Notes: generated from the letters alone by a model not told the origin. Counted from the first letter of the stretch, positions 44,287 through 55,810 are shown. The stretch is 58,657 nucleotides of DNA from an uncultured Gammaproteobacteria bacterium (GCA_963827755.1 CAWHCQ010000034.1:1-58657), one strand, 5' to 3'. Numbers and translations: made by a program.

Positions 44287-44587
44287 TTATTTATACATGG
44301 CCTTCTTGAACATGCGGTCGATCTTGGCCTCGGTTGCTTGCGAGGTTGCTGTTCGCCTCGTTGGCGGTCGCATTTGCACTGTCGGCCGTACTCATGGCCT
44401 TCATGGCCATCGCCTTCGCCTCGGCAGCTTCTGCCTTTGCAGCCAGCGCGTCGGCCGCTACGGCATCAACCCGGGACTGCAGGCTCTGCATCTCGGTGGT
44501 ATTTGCGCAGCCGATCATCCCGGTCGAGACAACCAGTACAGCCGCCAGGGCCGGCATGGTTAATCTGTTTTTCCCTGTTCCTTTCAT
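44287..44587 (-). CDS. Lpp/OprI-like alanine-zipper lipoprotein (one frameshift near 44347)
   Basis: GAGGAG RBS; lipobox MIGC; Ala-rich heptads; corrected C-terminus TEAKIDRMFKKAMYK*. Confidence 0.88.
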
Positions 44588-44640
44588 AACTCTCTCCTCG
44601 TAGTGATAAAAAAATCCGATACTGAAAGTGTGGCAGTCAT

Positions 44641-45210
44641 CTAGCGTATCTCGACCCGGGTACCAATGCGCACCCATCCGGACAAAAGGTCGATCTGTTC
44701 GTTAGTCAGTGCAACACAGCCATTTGTCCAGTTATATTGCCCATGCACCTCGAGGTCACCCTGCCCCACGCCATGAATGCCAATCATACCGCCAAGTATA
44801 GTGTTTTGGGGAGGGACGTTTCCAGTGTTTAAGGCATAACGTATCAGGCGCCATTGTTCATCACTGATCAGGCCTCTTTCATAGCCCTGGCGTGCGGCTT
44901 CTGCGCCGGGATAGTTCAGCCCCATGAAGCGGTGAAACCGGGTCTCGTCAGTAATCCAGCCTATCCTGAACGTCCCGATCGGTGTCTGGTTGTCGCCGAG
45001 CACCTTGTCGCGGCTCGCACCGTAGCGCCCGATCGAGATATCTTCAAAGGTATGCGCTACCCTGTCCCCTTCCATTACCAGCAACTCCAGGCTGTCAGTG
45101 TCAACCAGCAGCCAGGTTTCCTCGCCACCGACGGCCTGCCCTGCAAGACAGGTCAGCAGCAGGAAAATCAGGAAAAAGCGTGGACCGGGCATGTTGGTGT
45201 TAATTGGCAC
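44641..45210 (-). CDS. L,D-transpeptidase (YkuD domain)
   Basis: Signal peptide; GDNQTPIG, LNYP, GGMIGIHG...NWTNGCVAL. Confidence 0.9.
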   Translation of the reverse strand: MPINTNMPGPRFFLIFLLLTCLAGQAVGGEETWLLVDTDSLELLVMEGDRVAHTFEDISIGRYGASRDKVLGDNQTPIGTFRIGWITDETRFHRFMGLNYPGAEAARQGYERGLISDEQWRLIRYALNTGNVPPQNTILGGMIGIHGVGQGDLEVHGQYNWTNGCVALTNEQIDLLSGWVRIGTRVEIR

Positions 45211-45295
45211 GGGTGCGATTTTGCAGGTGAATCAGGAAAGCTGCAATGCCATATCGTGAAGAATTCAGCCGCTCGGGGAAAAAGGGTCTGCACAC

Positions 45296-46417
45296 ATGTA
45301 TGAATCTGCCTTCAAGCTTGATGATTCCATTATCTACCTGAATCATGCCGCCGTCAGTCCATGGCCGGTGCGGACCGCAAACGCGGTGAAGGCCTTTGCC
45401 GATGAAAACGCACTACTCGGTTCGCAACACTATCCTGAATGGATAAAAACGGAGGCTGCACTCAAACAGCAGTTGCGTGCACTGGTGAATGCGCAGACAG
45501 CGGATGAAATCGCCCTGCTGAAAAGCACCTCCGAGGCGCTTTCCGTGGTGGCTTACGGGTTGACCTGGCAACGCGGCGACAATGTCGTTATCACCTCACA
45601 GGAATTTCCATCCAACCGTATCGTCTGGGAATCACTGCAGTGCTACGGCGTCGAAACACGCCCTGCTGCTATTGAAGCGGATGAATCACCCGAGCAGGCC
45701 ATCATCGCTCTCATGGACAGGCACACCCGCCTGCTGTCGGTGAGTTCAATCCAGTATGGAAGCGGCCTGAAGCTTGACCTGAAAGTCCTGGGCAAGGCCT
45801 GCCGTGAACGTGACATCCTGTTTTGTGTCGATGCCATTCAAAGCCTGGGGGCACTGGAATTTGATGTGCAGGCCTGCCAGGCGGACTTTGTCATGGCCGA
45901 TGCCCACAAATGGATGATGGGCCCGGAAGGTATCGCCCTGTTTTACTGCCGCCATGAAGTCATGGAGCAGCTGCAGCTCAGGCAGTATGGCTGGCACATG
46001 CGCAAGGACTACCTGGATTTTAACAGCCACTCCCGGGAGATTGCCGACAGCGCGCGCCGGTTTGAATGCGGCAGCCCGAACATGACCGGGATACACGCCG
46101 CGCATGCCAGCCTGTCGCTGATCCATGAAACCGGGATGCCGGCGATCCAGCAACAGGTGCTGGACAACAGCCGCTTCATGATCGATTTCTTCAAACAGCA
46201 GGCCGACAAATACCGCCTGCTGACGCCGCCCGGGGAGGACCGGCATGGCGGAATCGTCACTTTCCTGCCGCTCCGCGAGTCCCCTGAATCACTGTTCGAA
46301 ATGCTCACCGGGCAACATGTCGCCTGCGCCCTGCGCGGCGGCGGTATACGATTTTCACCGCATTTCTACACCCCTCGAAAAAAACTGTTCAAGGCGCTGG
46401 AACTGCTGGACGGATAA
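45296..46417 (+). CDS. Class V PLP-dependent aminotransferase / cysteine desulfurase-like enzyme
   Basis: YLNHAAVSP, EFPSN, VDAIQSLG, DAHKWMMGPEG (PLP Lys), RFECGS, RFSPHFY. Confidence 0.9.
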   Translation: MYESAFKLDDSIIYLNHAAVSPWPVRTANAVKAFADENALLGSQHYPEWIKTEAALKQQLRALVNAQTADEIALLKSTSEALSVVAYGLTWQRGDNVVITSQEFPSNRIVWESLQCYGVETRPAAIEADESPEQAIIALMDRHTRLLSVSSIQYGSGLKLDLKVLGKACRERDILFCVDAIQSLGALEFDVQACQADFVMADAHKWMMGPEGIALFYCRHEVMEQLQLRQYGWHMRKDYLDFNSHSREIADSARRFECGSPNMTGIHAAHASLSLIHETGMPAIQQQVLDNSRFMIDFFKQQADKYRLLTPPGEDRHGGIVTFLPLRESPESLFEMLTGQHVACALRGGGIRFSPHFYTPRKKLFKALELLDG

Positions 46418-46606
46418 TACCGCCGCCGCTAATCATTTTGCGCCACTTGCCGATAGACCCTTCAGGGTAATTCCCTTCTTTTCGGCCCTGACAAAACACT
46501 TTAGAGAGGCAACTCGGGGACGGGTTTTGTGTCAATATGGGTAGCAGCTGTGCCGGGAAGCAAGCGAACATCTACACTGACAGTGTAAATACAAAGGAAG
46601 ATCCAC

Positions 46607-49082
46607 ATGATCTGGATAATTGAGGTGTCGGTTTTATTCATTGCCATTGGGTTCATGATGGCCCGCCAGGCGTCCTGCTTACCTGTGGACCGCGGTAGCA
46701 GGTGCTGCAATGGTCTACTGGAGCATCATGCATACGCCGCCAGCCTGGGCATTGCTTACCGGCTGGGCACTGTTTCTGCCGGTCGCGATCCTGTTGACGG
46801 TACCCGCCCTGCGCCAGAAGCTGGTAACAAGGCATCTGCTGGCCCTGTTCAGAAAGATTCTGCCCGGCATGTCCGACACCGAACGCGCCGCCCTCGAAGC
46901 CGGTACGGTCTGGTGGGAAGCCGAACTGTTCAGCGGTCAACCGGACTGGCATCGCATGCTCGAATTCCCGGCGCCAGAACTAAGCGCCGAAGAACAGGCC
47001 TTTGTCGACGGACCGACCGATGAACTCTGCAACATGGTCAAGGACTGGGAGATCACGGAAGAGCTGCGCGACCTGACCGCCGAGACCTGGGAGTTTCTGA
47101 AAAAGAACGGCTTCTTCGGCATGATCATCCCGAAGCAATATGGCGGACTGGAGTTCTCTGCCAATGCGCATTCCGCCGTTGTCATGAAAGTTGGCAGCCG
47201 CAGTATTTCTGCCGGTGTCACGGTCATGGTTCCGAACTCGCTCGGTCCCGCAAAACTGCTGCTCTCCTACGGCACGGAAGAACAGAAAAATTACTACCTG
47301 CCACGCCTGGCAAAGGGCGATGAAATACCCTGTTTCGCCCTGACCGGCCCGGAGGCCGGCAGTGATGCCGCCTCGATGCCTGATTCCGGCATAGTCTGCC
47401 GACAGGATTTCGAGGGCAAACAGGATGTGCTGGGTATCCGCCTTAACTGGGAGAAGCGCTATATAACACTGGGTCCGGTCGCGACACTTCTCGGCCTCGC
47501 CTTTCATCTCTATGACCCGGACCAGCTGATCGGCCAGCAAGAAGATATCGGCATCACGCTGGCACTGATACCGACGGGTACACCCGGGGTCGAGATTGGT
47601 AATCGGCATTTCCCGATGAACCAGTCTTTCATGAACGGACCCAACAGGGGCAAGGACGTGTTTATCCCGATGGACTGGGTTATCGGTGGCCAGAAATATG
47701 TCGGACAGGGCTGGCGCATGCTAATGGACAGTCTCTCGGATGGTCGCGCGATTTCATTACCGGCACTGGGCACCGCGTCCGGAAAAATTGTCAGCCGCGC
47801 GGTCGGCGCCTACTCGGGCGTTCGCAAGCAGTTCAAGATTCCCATTGGTAAATTCGAAGGCGTCAGCGAAGTGTTGACGGAGATTGCGGGCTCGACCTAC
47901 GTCATGAATGCGGCACGCGGTTTCACCACGGCCGCCATCGATAGCGGTGAAGATCCATCGGTCGCATCTGCCATCGTCAAATACCACCTTACCGAGCGCA
48001 TGCGCAAGGCCATCAATCAGGGCATGGACATCCTCGGTGGCAGCGGTATCAGCATGGGACCGAGGAACTTTCTTGGCCGCGCCTACCAGGCAATACCAAT
48101 CGGTATCACGGTGGAAGGTGCCAACATTCTGACCCGTAACCTGATCATTTTCGGCCAGGGCGCAATGCGCTGTCACCCATTTCTGTTCAAGGAAATGGAA
48201 TCCGCCAACGCCGGCGATGTTGCGGCCTTCGATGAGGCGCTGCTTGGGCATGCAAGCCTGGCCATGAGCAATATTTCCCGCGGCCTGTTCCACGCCCTGA
48301 CACGGGGACGACTGCTGGAATCACCGCAACATGGGTTGCGCGGCCATTACTACAGGCAGTTTTCCCGCATGAGCCTGGCCTTTGCGGTGACAACGGAAAT
48401 GGCCCTGCTGTCCCTGGGAGGCGGGCTGAAACGAAAGGAATCCATATCCGGGCGACTCGGTGATGTCCTCAGCTACCTGTATCTTGGCAGTGCAGTACTC
48501 AAGCATCATTACGATAACGGTTCACCGGAGGAAGAACTGGCACTGCTTGAATGGACCTGCCAGGACCTGCTGTATAACACCCAGGTTCGCCTTTACGAAG
48601 TGCTGAATAACCTGCCGAATCGCTTCATTGCAGGCGTGACGCGCTTGCTGACTTTCCCTGCCGGCAAGCCCTACAAACGCCCGTCGGACGAACTCGGTCA
48701 AAAGCTGGCTGACATCCTGCTCAAGCCAGGCAAGCTGCGTGACCGTCTGACTGAAGGTGTGTATATTCCAATAGATAAAACAGAAACGGTTGCACAACTT
48801 GACGATGCACTTGAGAAGAGCGCTGCCGCAGAACCGGCCATACGAAAGCTGCGTGCAGCCATGAAAGCCGGCACCCTCCCCCACGGAGATCCGGAAGATG
48901 CCGTCGAGGCCGGTGTAGCGGCAGACGTCATAACCGTCCAGGAAGCTGCCGGCATTCATTCGGCCATCGCAGCCCGCAAGGTTGTCATACAGGTAGATGA
49001 ATTTCTCCCTGAATACCTAACCAAGGAGCAGAAGAAATGGGGGAACAGCAATCTGGATGGGGTGGCCGGCCAGTCTATGTAG
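46607..49082 (+). CDS. fadE: Acyl-CoA dehydrogenase FadE (frameshift in N-terminal TM region)
   Basis: AGTVWWEAELF, VPNSLGP, FALTGPEAGSDA, KRYITL, ITVEGANILTR, SGRLGDVLS. Confidence 0.95.
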
Positions 49083-50342
49083 TTGACGGCAGCCGTACCC
49101 CGTTTCTCAAGGCCCGCGGCAGACCCGGTCGATTTGCCGCGTCCGACCTGGCCGTCGCCGCCGGTCAGCCCCTGCTGGCACGCCAGCCATTTGCGCCCAC
49201 CGATCTCGATGAAGTCATTCTTGGCTGCATGATGCCCAGCCCGGATGAAGCCAATATCGGTCGCGTCGTCGCCCTGCGACTCGGCTGCGGCGAACGCGTG
49301 CCGGGCATGGACGGTGCAGCGCAACTGCGCTTCCGGCCTGCAATCCATTGACAGCGCTGCACAGAATATCGCCAGCGGCCGTTCCAGCCTGGTGCTGGCC
49401 GGCGGCGTGGAATCCATGAGCCGCGCCCCGATCCTGTTCAACAATGCCATGGTCAACTGGCTCGCGGCCATGGGCGGGGCGCGCACCCCGGCTGCGAAGC
49501 TGAAGGCACTTGCCGGCCTGCGACCCGGCCACTTTAAACCAGTCATCGCCCTGCTCCGCGGACTGACTGATCCGATCGTCGGCTTGTCGATGGGACAGAC
49601 TGCAGAAATCCTTGCACACCGCTTCGGCATTAGCCGCGAAATGATGGACAGTTTTGCCATGCGCAGTCACCAGCGCCTGGCTGATGCACACGCGAACGGC
49701 CGCCTTGACGAGATTGAAGTGCTCTATGACACGCGTGGCAATGTCTACGATCACGATGACGGGGTGCGGCCCGACTCCACCATGGAAAAACTGGCAAAAC
49801 TGCGGCCCGTCTTCGACAAGCCGGTCGGCAATGTCACGGCCGGTAACAGTGCCCAGATCACCGACGGTGCCGCGTGGGTGATTCTTGCTTGCGAAGAAAT
49901 GATCGCGCGCCACGACCTGCCGGTTCTCGGCAAACTGGTTGACAGCCAGTGGGCCGGTCTTGACCCGTCACAGATGGGGCTGGGCCCGGCCTATGCCATG
50001 GCACCGATCATGCAGCGCCAGGGCCTGGACAGCGGTGATATCGATTACTATGAAATCAACGAGGCCTTTGCCGCGCAGGTACTGGCCTGCCTGGCTGCCT
50101 GGCGTGATGCCGGTTTCTGCCGCGATGAGCTTGGACGTGACACGCCGTTCAGCGCCATTGACGAATCAAGGTTGAATGTCGATGGCGGTGCCGTTGCCAT
50201 CGGCCACCCGGTCGGTTGCAGCGGCGCACGCATCGTTTTGCATCTGCTGGCGGTATTGAAACGCGAACAGGCACAGCGCGGCATGGCAAGCATCTGCATC
50301 GGCGGTGGCCAGGGTGGCGCGCTGTTGATTGAAAGGAACTGA
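49037..50342 (+). CDS. fadI: Acetyl-CoA acyltransferase (thiolase), FadI/FadA type (frameshift near 49305)
   Basis: DGSRTPF, VQRNCASG, GGVESMS, NEAFA, GHPVG, CIGGGQG. Confidence 0.88.
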
Positions 50343-50362
50343 CGTGGGTTGTGACCGGCACC

Positions 50363-50431
50363 GCAGGAGCGAATCTCATCCGCGATTTGCTCCAGGCCTG
50401 GAATAAATCGCGGATGAGATCCGCTCCTACA
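50363..50431. repeat. REP doublet, GTAGGAGCG family
   Basis: GCAGGAGCGAATCTCATCCGCGAT...ATCGCGGATGAGATCCGCTCCTAC; same unit as 21768-21967. Confidence 0.85.
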
Positions 50432-50451
50432 ATAATAGACGGGTACTGCGC

Positions 50452-52497
50452 ATGAACGATGAAAATCCAGCTGTACATTTCCGCGCCGAAACCGACAGCG
50501 ACGACATCGTCTGGCTGCATTTTGACAAGGCGGACAGCGGTACCAACGTGCTCGGCAAGGATGTCTTCGACCAGCTGGAACAACAGCTGAAAACCATTGC
50601 AGCACAATGCCCGCGCGGCCTGGTGATCCTCTCGGACAAGTCCAACGGATTTATTGCCGGTGCAGACATCAGCTCCTTTACGAAGGTTAAATCGGCACAA
50701 CAGGCGCTTGATTTCATCAGGATGGGACAGGCGGTTTTCAACCGCCTGGCGGCGTTACCGTTCCCGACCGTCGCGCTGATACACGGTTTCTGCCTCGGCG
50801 GCGGGACCGAGCTTGCCCTCGCCTGCCGTTACCGTGTCAGCCGCGACGATCCCGGTACCCGGCTCGGGCTTCCGGAAGTACGCCTCGGTATACATCCGGG
50901 CTGGGGTGGCAGTGCACGCCTGGTGCCCTTGATCGGCGGGCTGAAGGCAATGGACCTGATCCTCAGTGGCCGCTCGATTGACGGCCGCCAGGCAAAACGC
51001 ATGGGGCTGGTTGACCTGGCGGTGCCGGAGCGACACCTGCATGCCGCTGCCCGGCAAATGATCCTCAAGAGTCCTCCCCCCTTCCGGGCCGGACTGCTGG
51101 CCGGCCTGTCGAATAACTTTCTCATTCGCCCCTTACTGGCGATGGTTTTTCGCAGGCAGGTTGCGCGCCGCGCTGCCCGGCAACACTACCCGGCACCCTA
51201 TGCGATGATCGACATCTGGCGCAAGCACGCCGGTAACCAGCACGCCATGCTCGAGGCCGAGGCTGCCTCGCTTGCGCAACTGATCAACGGGGCAACGGCA
51301 CAGAACCTGGTCCGGGTTTTCTTCCTGCAGGAAGAACTCAAGTCACTCGGCAAGGACAAGACCTACAAGCCAACGCATGTGCATGTCATCGGTGCAGGCA
51401 CCATGGGCGGTGACATCGCCGCCTGGTGCGCCTTGCGCGGCTTTCATGTCACGCTGCAGGACCAGGCGCCGGAGCGTATCGCGCCGGCCATGAAACGGGC
51501 CTACACCCTGTTTAAACGCAAGCAGAAAATACCGCGGAAGATCACGGAGGCGATGGACCGGCTGTTGCCCGATCACAAGGGTATCGGTGTTGAAAGGGCC
51601 GATATTGTTATTGAAGCAATCTTTGAAGATGCCGAGGTAAAGCGCTCTTTATACAAGGAAATCGAACCACGCATGAAGGCGGATGCCATCCTGGCCACGA
51701 ATACCTCGAGCATCCCGCTGGAAGAGCTGGGCAGCGCCCTGTCGCGGCCTGAACGGCTGGTTGGCCTGCATTTCTTCAACCCCGTGGCGTTGATGCAGCT
51801 GGTGGAAGTGGTCGTCGGGGAATCGACCTCCGCCGAGGTCGCGGCACACGCCATGGCCTTCACCCGCCAGATAGACCGCTTGCCGCTGCCGGTGAGCAGC
51901 ACCCCCGGTTTCCTTGTCAACCGCATCCTCATGCCTTACCTGATGGAGGCCGTCGTGCTGGAATCGGAAGGTGTGCCCGCCCCGCTTATCGACAGGGCGG
52001 CCGTTGAATTCGGGATGCCGATGGGGCCGGTCGAGCTCGCGGATACCGTCGGTCTTGATATCTGCCTGCATGTCGCCGAAATCCTGGCTGATCATTTCAA
52101 CGCGGACATCCCCGAACGCTTGCGCAAAATGGTTGCCGCCGGCGACCTCGGGAAGAAATCCGGTCGTGGTTTCTATGAATACAAAAAGGGCAAGGCCGTC
52201 AAGCCGAAGGTATCCGCCAGCCAGTGGGACATCGAAGAAGTCAGCAGCCGCCTGATCATGCGCATGCTGAACGAGTCAATGAGTTGTCTGCGTGAGCAGG
52301 TCGTGTCTTCAGACAGCTTGCTCGATGCCGGCATGATTTTCGGTACCGGTTTTGCACCGTTTCGCGGCGGCCCCATGCATTATATCGAGGCTACAGGCAC
52401 AGATGCGCTGAAACAGGAGTTGCTTAATCTCAAACGCAAACACGGTGACCGCTTCATGCCGGACCCGGCATGGAACCCGACACCGGGAGGAAGATAA
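50452..52497 (+). CDS. fadJ: Multifunctional enoyl-CoA hydratase / 3-hydroxyacyl-CoA dehydrogenase
   Basis: FIAGADI, CLGGGTELAL, PEVRLG, IGAGTMGG, TNTSS, HFFNP, GFLVNR, PMGP. Confidence 0.88.
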   Translation: MNDENPAVHFRAETDSDDIVWLHFDKADSGTNVLGKDVFDQLEQQLKTIAAQCPRGLVILSDKSNGFIAGADISSFTKVKSAQQALDFIRMGQAVFNRLAALPFPTVALIHGFCLGGGTELALACRYRVSRDDPGTRLGLPEVRLGIHPGWGGSARLVPLIGGLKAMDLILSGRSIDGRQAKRMGLVDLAVPERHLHAAARQMILKSPPPFRAGLLAGLSNNFLIRPLLAMVFRRQVARRAARQHYPAPYAMIDIWRKHAGNQHAMLEAEAASLAQLINGATAQNLVRVFFLQEELKSLGKDKTYKPTHVHVIGAGTMGGDIAAWCALRGFHVTLQDQAPERIAPAMKRAYTLFKRKQKIPRKITEAMDRLLPDHKGIGVERADIVIEAIFEDAEVKRSLYKEIEPRMKADAILATNTSSIPLEELGSALSRPERLVGLHFFNPVALMQLVEVVVGESTSAEVAAHAMAFTRQIDRLPLPVSSTPGFLVNRILMPYLMEAVVLESEGVPAPLIDRAAVEFGMPMGPVELADTVGLDICLHVAEILADHFNADIPERLRKMVAAGDLGKKSGRGFYEYKKGKAVKPKVSASQWDIEEVSSRLIMRMLNESMSCLREQVVSSDSLLDAGMIFGTGFAPFRGGPMHYIEATGTDALKQELLNLKRKHGDRFMPDPAWNPTPGGR

Positions 52498-52500
52498 GCC

Positions 52501-54308
52501 ATGACCAGTAACAACCCGGGAAAGATTCCTGGCGATGTTGCCAAAACACTTGCCGGTTTGTTCCGTGAACGTGTCAGGCAGACCCCGGACAAGACAGCCT
52601 ATCGGCAATATGACGCTCAAACAGGCCAGTGGAATGATTCAAGCTGGGCCGACATGGGTGCTGCCGTTGCCCGCTGGCAGGCGGCCCTTGACAGTGAGAA
52701 TCTCCAGCCGGGAGATCGCGTTGCCATCATGCTGCGCAACTGCAGGGAGTGGGTCATCTTCGACCAGGCGGCCCTGGGGTGCGGCCTGGTCGTTGTCCCC
52801 CTGTATATCGATGACCGTCCTGACAGCAGCGCCTATATCCTCAATCATAGCGGCGCAAAACTGCTCTTCCTGCACGGCCATGATGACTGGGACGGCATCG
52901 CCAGGGTACTGGACCGGTTAAAGACCGTATCCCGTATTATCACCCTGGAACCCGTACAGGTCCCGAAGGGCGAAACACGCGTTCGCACGGCATGCCGAAT
53001 GGGTGCCCGGCGTGGGTGGTGATTTACAAACCGATGACGGCGAACCGGATTCCCTGGCGACGATTGTCTACACCTCGGGTACCACCGGCCGGCCCAAGGG
53101 TGTCATGCTCAGTCACCGGAACATTATTTACAACGCCGATGCCGCGCTGGATATCGTACAGATGTCCGCCGAGGATACGTTGCTTTCCTTTCTGCCGCTT
53201 TCACACACCTTCGAGCGCACGGTCGGTTATTACATCCCCATGATGGTCGGCGCGACGATTGCCTACGCACGCTCCATCCCGGAACTCGGGGAAGATTTGA
53301 TCAATATCAAACCCACCATCCTGATTTCCGTGCCGCGCATCTATGAACGGGTGTACAACAAGATACAGGCCGGGCTTGCCGAAAAATCACCGCTGGCGGG
53401 CAAGCTTTTCAAGCTTGCGGTCGAGACCGGCTGGCAACGCTTTCTGCATCGCCAGGGGCGCGGCGGATGGCAGCCTGCATTTCTTTTATGGCCACTGCTT
53501 GACAAGCTGGTGGCCGGCAAGATCATGGCAAAACTCGGCGGCAATATGCACATGGCCGCTTCCGGCGGCGCCCCCCTGCCACCGCCCATCGCCAGGGTCT
53601 TTATCGGGCTTGGGCTGAATCTTATCCAGGGCTATGGCCTGACCGAGACCAGCCCGATACTCACGGCCAACCCGGTTGCTGATAACGTGCCCGACAGTGT
53701 CGGCATTCCACTGCGCGGCACTGAACTGCGCGTTGCTGAAAACGATGAGTTACTGGCCCGTGGCCCGGGCATCATGCTCGGCTACTGGGATGATGAGGAA
53801 GCCACCCGTGCAGCCATTGATGATGAAGGCTGGTTTCGCACGGGTGACAAGGCCAGGATCGAGAACAACCATGTCTACATTACCGGCCGCATCAAGGAAA
53901 TACTGGTGCTGGCCAATGGCGAGAAAGTGCCGCCCGCCGACATGGAAATGGCAATAGCCCTCGACCCCCTGTTCGAGCAGGTGCTGGTCATTGGCGACAA
54001 CCGGCCGTACCTGTCTGCAATCATCGTGCTTGAGCCGGAGCAATGGGCAAGCTGGTCGGCGGGACTGGGCCTGGATCCCGGCGACCCCGCTTCACTGGAA
54101 AACGAGTCTGTGACCAGATGCGGTCTTCGAAAAACTCGGCCTGTTGCTGGCCGAATTCCCGGGCTATGCACAGATTCACCGCATCACTTGTACGCTGGAG
54201 CCATGGACCATTGACAATGGCCTGATTACCCCGACACTGAAACTCAAGCGCAACAAGATCATGGAACACCATGCCGGCACAATCGAGCACATGTATGAAG
54301 GACATTGA
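52501..54308 (+). CDS. fadD: Long-chain fatty acid-CoA ligase, AMP-dependent (frameshifts near 52990 and 54115)
   Basis: YTSGTTGRPKG, GYGLTE, WFRTGD, TGRIKE, C-terminal ITPTLKLKR. Confidence 0.88.
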
Positions 54309-54315
54309 TATGTTT

Positions 54316-54385
54316 CTGCAGGAGCGCTTTCCAGGCGCGATTGTTTCTCATACATAGACAGCGCGGATGAGATCCGCTCCTGCAG
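54316..54385. repeat. REP doublet, GTAGGAGCG family variant
   Basis: CTGCAGGAGCGCTTTCC...GCGCGGATGAGATCCGCTCCTGCAG. Confidence 0.75.
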
Positions 54386-54396
54386 GACTTGCCGTT

Positions 54397-54795
54397 ATGA
54401 CTGATCGTATAAAACTGCCGGACAGAGAGCACCTCGCCATACAGGTGATTGCCATGCCGGCGGATGCCAATGCCTCGGGGGATATCTTCGGCGGCTGGCT
54501 GATGTCCCAGGTCGATCTCGCCGGCAGCGTTATTGCACGGCGTCGTGCAAAGGGCCGCATCGTAACGGTCGCCGTGGACGCCTTCCAGTTCAAGAACCCC
54601 GTCTTTGTAGGTGACCTGGTCAGCTGTTATGCCGTCATTACCCGTGTCGGAAACACGTCCATTACCGTACATGTGAGTGCGTTCGCAGAACGCCACGGGG
54701 AATCACAGGAACTGATACAGGTCACGCAAGCTGATCTGACCTATGTTGCCGTGGATGAAAACAGGCGTCCATGCAGGGTGCCGGCTGACACCTGA
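54397..54795 (+). CDS. yciA: Hotdog-fold acyl-CoA thioesterase
   Basis: MPADANASGDIFGGWLMSQVDLAG, PVFVGD, GNTSI, TYVAVD. Confidence 0.88.
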   Translation: MTDRIKLPDREHLAIQVIAMPADANASGDIFGGWLMSQVDLAGSVIARRRAKGRIVTVAVDAFQFKNPVFVGDLVSCYAVITRVGNTSITVHVSAFAERHGESQELIQVTQADLTYVAVDENRRPCRVPADT

Positions 54796-54841
54796 ACGCA
54801 ACGGCTCACCACCCTGTCGTTATAAACCGGGCAAGGGAAGC

Positions 54842-55810
54842 TCAGGCCGCACGCAGGAAATGCAGGCTGAACAGCTCGTCGTCATCCGTCCATAGTGCTT
54901 CCGCTGTAAAACCGGCGCGCTCGGCAAGGGCCGTGAACCCGGCTGCCGTGTATTTGTAGGAATTCTCGGTATGGATGCTCTCGCCGGCTGCGAACTCGTA
55001 TCTATGCCCGTCAATGCGCAAGGTTTGCGAGCACTCACTGACCAGGTGCATCTCAACCCGGCCTTCGGTTTCGTTATAAAAAGCGTGGTGGCGGAATGTA
55101 TCGATATCGATATCACCATCGAGTTCACGGTTGATGCGATGCAGCAGGTTCAGGTTGAATTCGGCAGTTATACCGTTTGCGTCATTGTAGGCGTCATCAA
55201 GGATGCGGGATTCCTTTTCAAGGTCCACGCCGATCAACAAACCTCCGCCAGGACCCGAAATATCCGCAAGCCTGCACAGGAATTCGACCGCCTTTCGTGG
55301 CTCGTAATTTCCGATACTGGAGCCGGGATAAAACACGATACGCCGCGCCTGTGCAGGGATGCAGTCCAGATCGACGGAGCGGGTAATATCAGCGCACACC
55401 GCATGCACATCGAGCCAGGGGAAATCCTCGGCGACACGTCCTGCAGCCTCATGCAGATGCGAACAGGAGATATCCATGGGTATGTAGCGCGATGGCCGCA
55501 GGGCATCGAGCAATAACCTGACCTTCATGCAGCTACCGCTGCCCGGCTCGATCAGGCAGCTGTCTTTGCCGGTCAGGCCTGCAATCTCATTCGCGTATTG
55601 GTCCAGTATCCCTGTCTCGACACGCGTCGGGTAGTATTCAGGCTGCTTGCAGATACGCTCGAACAGGCGCGAGCCGGCTTCATCGTAGAAAAACTTCGGC
55701 GGGATTTGCCTCGGCCTCCGGTCCAGCCCGGCAATCACTTCACGGTAAAAATCATCGGGCTCGGGGCGCTCGTCCTGTAGGCGGTATGCAACTTCTGCCG
55801 TGTCAGTCAT
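54842..55810 (-). CDS. egtD: L-histidine N-alpha-methyltransferase
   Basis: PKFFYDEAGSRLFERIC..PEYYPTR.E, EPGSG, GSSIGN, AYND..G.TA.FNLN, IHTENSYKY. Confidence 0.95.
   Translation of the reverse strand: MTDTAEVAYRLQDERPEPDDFYREVIAGLDRRPRQIPPKFFYDEAGSRLFERICKQPEYYPTRVETGILDQYANEIAGLTGKDSCLIEPGSGSCMKVRLLLDALRPSRYIPMDISCSHLHEAAGRVAEDFPWLDVHAVCADITRSVDLDCIPAQARRIVFYPGSSIGNYEPRKAVEFLCRLADISGPGGGLLIGVDLEKESRILDDAYNDANGITAEFNLNLLHRINRELDGDIDIDTFRHHAFYNETEGRVEMHLVSECSQTLRIDGHRYEFAAGESIHTENSYKYTAAGFTALAERAGFTAEALWTDDDELFSLHFLRAA

Noticed and set aside
45296-46417. EgtE C-S lyase partnering egtD
   Set aside because: Generic class V PLP enzyme about 8 kb away, on the other strand and separated by the fad operon; no specific support.
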